Origin: Solirubrobacterales bacterium
Lineage (GTDB): Bacteria > Actinomycetota > Thermoleophilia > Solirubrobacterales > Solirubrobacteraceae
Assembly: GCA_038321325.1 (NCBI GenBank)
Contig: JBBQEV010000002.1
Location: 26,127-90,126, forward strand
Direction: 5' to 3'
DNA length: 64,000 bases
Shown here: positions 61,062 through 64,000 of the stretch, piece by piece
Position numbering within the stretch: the first letter of the stretch is position 1
Layout of the letters: every line of letters begins with the position of its first letter
Position numbers and translations under genes: made by a program
The notes under the pieces: model-generated
The model's input: the letters and a program-made list of their open reading frames with translations, nothing else
The model's database searches: none
What the model was told of the DNA's origin: nothing

Positions 61062-63290
61062 ATGTCCGCCCCGCCCCACCTCGCCCCGTCGACTCCCAAC
61101 CCGGCGCGCCACGTCTGGCCCGGCGAGCCGTATCCCCTGGGTCCGGTGTGGGACGAGGCCGGGACGAACTTCGCGATCTTCTCCGAGAACGCCGAGCGCA
61201 TCGAGCTGTGCCTGTTCACCTCCGAGGGGGAGGAGGAGCGCATCGAGCTCACCCGGGTCACGAACCACAACTGGCACTGCTACCTCCCGGGGGTCGGGCC
61301 CGGGCAGCGCTACGGCTACCGCGTCCACGGCCCCTACGAGCCCGACGACGGCCTACGCTTCAATCCGTGCAAGCTCCTGATCGACCCCTACGCCAAGGCG
61401 ATCGAGGGTGAGGTCGACTGGAACGCGGCGCAGGTGCTGCCCTACACGCCGGACGGCTCCGACGACGCCGACTACGAGCCCGACGACGAGGACTCGGCGC
61501 CCGCGATCCCCAAGTGCCTCGTGGTCGATCACCGCTTCGACTGGGAGGACGATGAGCACCCGCGCACGTCGTGGAACGACACGATCATCTACGAGACCCA
61601 CGTCAAGGGCTTCACCATGCAGCATCCCGAGGTGCGCGAGGACTTGCGCGGCACCTACGGCGGCCTGGCCTCCGAGCCCGCGATCGACTACCTCTGCGAG
61701 CTCGGGATCACCGCGGTCGAGCTGCTGCCCGTGCACCACATCATCGACGAGTCCTTCCTCAACGAGAAGGGCCTGAAGAACTACTGGGGCTACTCGTCGA
61801 TCGGCTACCTCGCGCCGCACGCGGCCTACGCCGCGACGGGCGACACGGGCGAGCAGGTCCGCGAGTTCAAGGGCATGGTCAAGGCGCTGCACCGCGCGGG
61901 CGTCGAGGTGATCCTCGACGTCGTCTACAACCACACCGCGGAGGGCAACCACCTCGGGCCGATGCTCTCGTTCAGGGGCGTCGACAACCCGAGCTACTAC
62001 CGGCTGTCCCCGGACGACAAGCGCTTCTACATGGACTTCACGGGGACGGGCAACACGCTCAACACCGTCCACCCGAACACCCTGCGGCTGATCATGGACT
62101 CGCTGCGCTACTGGGTGGTGGAGTGCCACGTCGACGGCTTCCGCTTCGACCTCGCCTCGACGCTCGCGCGCGGGCTCTACGAGGTCGACCGCCTCGGCGC
62201 GTTCTTCGACCTCATCCACCAGGATCCCGTCCTGTCGCAGGTCAAGCTCATCGCCGAGCCGTGGGACGTCGGGCCCGGCGGCTACCAGGTGGGCAACTTC
62301 CCCGTGCAGTGGTCTGAGTGGAACGGCATCTACCGCGATCAGGTCCGTGACTTCTGGCGCGGCGAGACGCCGCTGAGCGCGCTCGCCAGTCGCCTCACCG
62401 GCTCGGCCGACCTCTACGACGACGGGCGCGCCCCGCGCGCGTCGATCAACTTCATCACCGCCCACGACGGCTTCACGCTGCGCGACCTCGTCTCCTACAA
62501 CGAGAAGCACAACGAGGCCAACCTCGAGGACAACAAGGACGGCACCGACGACAACCGCTCCTGGAACTGCGGCGCCGAGGGCGAGACCGACGACCAGGCG
62601 ATCCTCGAGCTGCGGGGGCGCCAGACGCGCAACTGCGTCGCGACGCTCCTGCTCTCGCAGGGGACGCCGATGCTCCTCGGCGGCGACGAGTTCGCCCGGA
62701 CGCAGGGCGGCAACAACAACGCGTGGTGCCAGGACTCGCCGATCTCCTGGTTCGACTGGCAGCTCGAGCCCCACCAGGAGCGGATGCTCGCGTTCACCAA
62801 GCGGGTCATCCGCCTGCGCCGGGAGCATCCCGTCCTGCACCGCCGGCAGTTCCTCACCGGCGCCGACGTCACCGGCGCGAGCCTGCCGGACTCGTGGTGG
62901 TTCCGTCCCGAGGGCCGGCGCATGACCCGCCGCGACTGGGAGCGCGACGACATCCCGGCGCTCGGGCTGTTCCTCAACGGCGAGGCGATCCCCTACCCCG
63001 ACGCGCGCGGGGAGCGGATCGTCGACGACTCGTTTCTGTTCCTGATCAACGGCCACCACGAGGACGTCGACGTCCGGCTGCCGTCGCCGCGCTACGGGGC
63101 GCGGTGGGCGCTCGAGCTCTCCACCGTCGAGCCCGAGGCGCTGCCGGGCGCGTGGACGGTCGACGCGCGGGGGACGGTGACCTGCCCCGCCCGATCGCTG
63201 ACCGCGCTGGTGCGCGTCGTGCCCCAGCGGGACGCGGCGGCCGACGTGAGCCCGGAGGTCGCGGCGGCGGCCGCCGAGGTCGAGCCATGA
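61062..63290 (+). CDS. glgX: Glycogen debranching enzyme
   Basis: PYPLG, NYWGY, FRFDLA, AEPWD, HDGFTL and SWNCG.EG. Confidence 0.96.
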   Translation: MSAPPHLAPSTPNPARHVWPGEPYPLGPVWDEAGTNFAIFSENAERIELCLFTSEGEEERIELTRVTNHNWHCYLPGVGPGQRYGYRVHGPYEPDDGLRFNPCKLLIDPYAKAIEGEVDWNAAQVLPYTPDGSDDADYEPDDEDSAPAIPKCLVVDHRFDWEDDEHPRTSWNDTIIYETHVKGFTMQHPEVREDLRGTYGGLASEPAIDYLCELGITAVELLPVHHIIDESFLNEKGLKNYWGYSSIGYLAPHAAYAATGDTGEQVREFKGMVKALHRAGVEVILDVVYNHTAEGNHLGPMLSFRGVDNPSYYRLSPDDKRFYMDFTGTGNTLNTVHPNTLRLIMDSLRYWVVECHVDGFRFDLASTLARGLYEVDRLGAFFDLIHQDPVLSQVKLIAEPWDVGPGGYQVGNFPVQWSEWNGIYRDQVRDFWRGETPLSALASRLTGSADLYDDGRAPRASINFITAHDGFTLRDLVSYNEKHNEANLEDNKDGTDDNRSWNCGAEGETDDQAILELRGRQTRNCVATLLLSQGTPMLLGGDEFARTQGGNNNAWCQDSPISWFDWQLEPHQERMLAFTKRVIRLRREHPVLHRRQFLTGADVTGASLPDSWWFRPEGRRMTRRDWERDDIPALGLFLNGEAIPYPDARGERIVDDSFLFLINGHHEDVDVRLPSPRYGARWALELSTVEPEALPGAWTVDARGTVTCPARSLTALVRVVPQRDAAADVSPEVAAAAAEVEP

Positions 63291-64000
63291 GCAGCACGCT
63301 GCGCTGCACGTACCGCCTGCAGCTGAGCCCCGAGCTCGACTTCGCCAAGGCGCTCGAGCTCGTGCCCTACCTGCGCGAGCTCGGCGTCAGCCACCTCTAC
63401 CTGTCGCCCTCGCTGCAGGCGCGCCCGGGCTCCACCCACGGCTACGACACCGTCGACCCGACCCGGATCTCCGACGCGCTCGGGGGCGAGGACGCGTTTC
63501 GCGCGCTGGCCGGCGCCGGCCTCGGCGTGATCCTCGACGTCGTCCCCAACCACATGGGCGCCGCGCCCGAGAACCGGTGGTGGGCCGATGCGGAGCAGCG
63601 CGCCGAGGTCTTCGACGTCGATCCCGAGACCGGCTTTACGCGGCGGTTCTTCGACATCGACGACCTCGCGGCGGTGCGCGTGGAGCGCGAGGCGGTCTTC
63701 CGCCTCACCCACGACAAGGTGCTCGCGCTGCTCGGCGAGGGCGTGCTCGACGGCCTGCGCGTCGACCACCCCGACGGCCTCGCCGACCCGGCGGGCTACC
63801 TCGAGCGGCTGCGGCAGGCCGGCGCGGAACGGGTCTGGGTCGAGAAGATCCTGCACCGCGCGGAGGCGCTGCCCGAGTGGCCGGTGAGCGGGACGGTCGG
63901 CTACGAGTTCCTCAACGACGTCTGCGGGCTCTACGTCGACCCGGCGGGGGAGCGCCCGTTCCTCGAGCTCTGGGCGGAGCTGACCGGGGACGACCGCGCG
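63287..64000 (+). CDS. treY: Malto-oligosyltrehalose synthase, 3'-partial
   Basis: TYRLQL, HLYLSP, GSTHGYD, DVVPNHM, RVDHPDGL and VEKIL. Confidence 0.95.
   Translation, partial: MSSTLRCTYRLQLSPELDFAKALELVPYLRELGVSHLYLSPSLQARPGSTHGYDTVDPTRISDALGGEDAFRALAGAGLGVILDVVPNHMGAAPENRWWADAEQRAEVFDVDPETGFTRRFFDIDDLAAVRVEREAVFRLTHDKVLALLGEGVLDGLRVDHPDGLADPAGYLERLRQAGAERVWVEKILHRAEALPEWPVSGTVGYEFLNDVCGLYVDPAGERPFLELWAELTGDDRA

Overview
This 64 kb window is very GC-rich and actinobacterial; the gene content resembles Thermoleophilia/Solirubrobacterales, which is an inference. (1) About 1-11.6 kb is an accessory, defence-like island. It holds recombinase and serine-hydrolase remnants, a PD-(D/E)XK nuclease, an intact hsdR and an hsdS truncated at an IS982-like element. 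It also holds an unusual module of a HIT/Cwf19-like hydrolase, a nucleoside-deoxyribosyltransferase-like protein, a membrane-anchored alpha/alpha-toroid-like protein and a cytidylate-kinase-like enzyme. This module is the best candidate for an undescribed nucleotide-based system. (2) About 11.6-46 kb is mostly core genome: a stress gene pair, purB, a STAND-type cyclase, a GMC oxidoreductase, MFS-MarR, ppk2, purCSQL, alkA, purF-recQ-purN, purH, a helicase, four tRNAs and glycosyltransferases. (3) About 46-64 kb is a trehalose/alpha-glucan cluster (malQ, glgE, treS, mak, glgB, treZ, glgX, partial treY) with two toxin-antitoxin pairs and a PIN remnant in or beside it. At two separate loci, cargo DNA lies between convergent genes and is bracketed by duplications of the gene-end junction. 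All family assignments come from motif recognition by eye; no database search was run.
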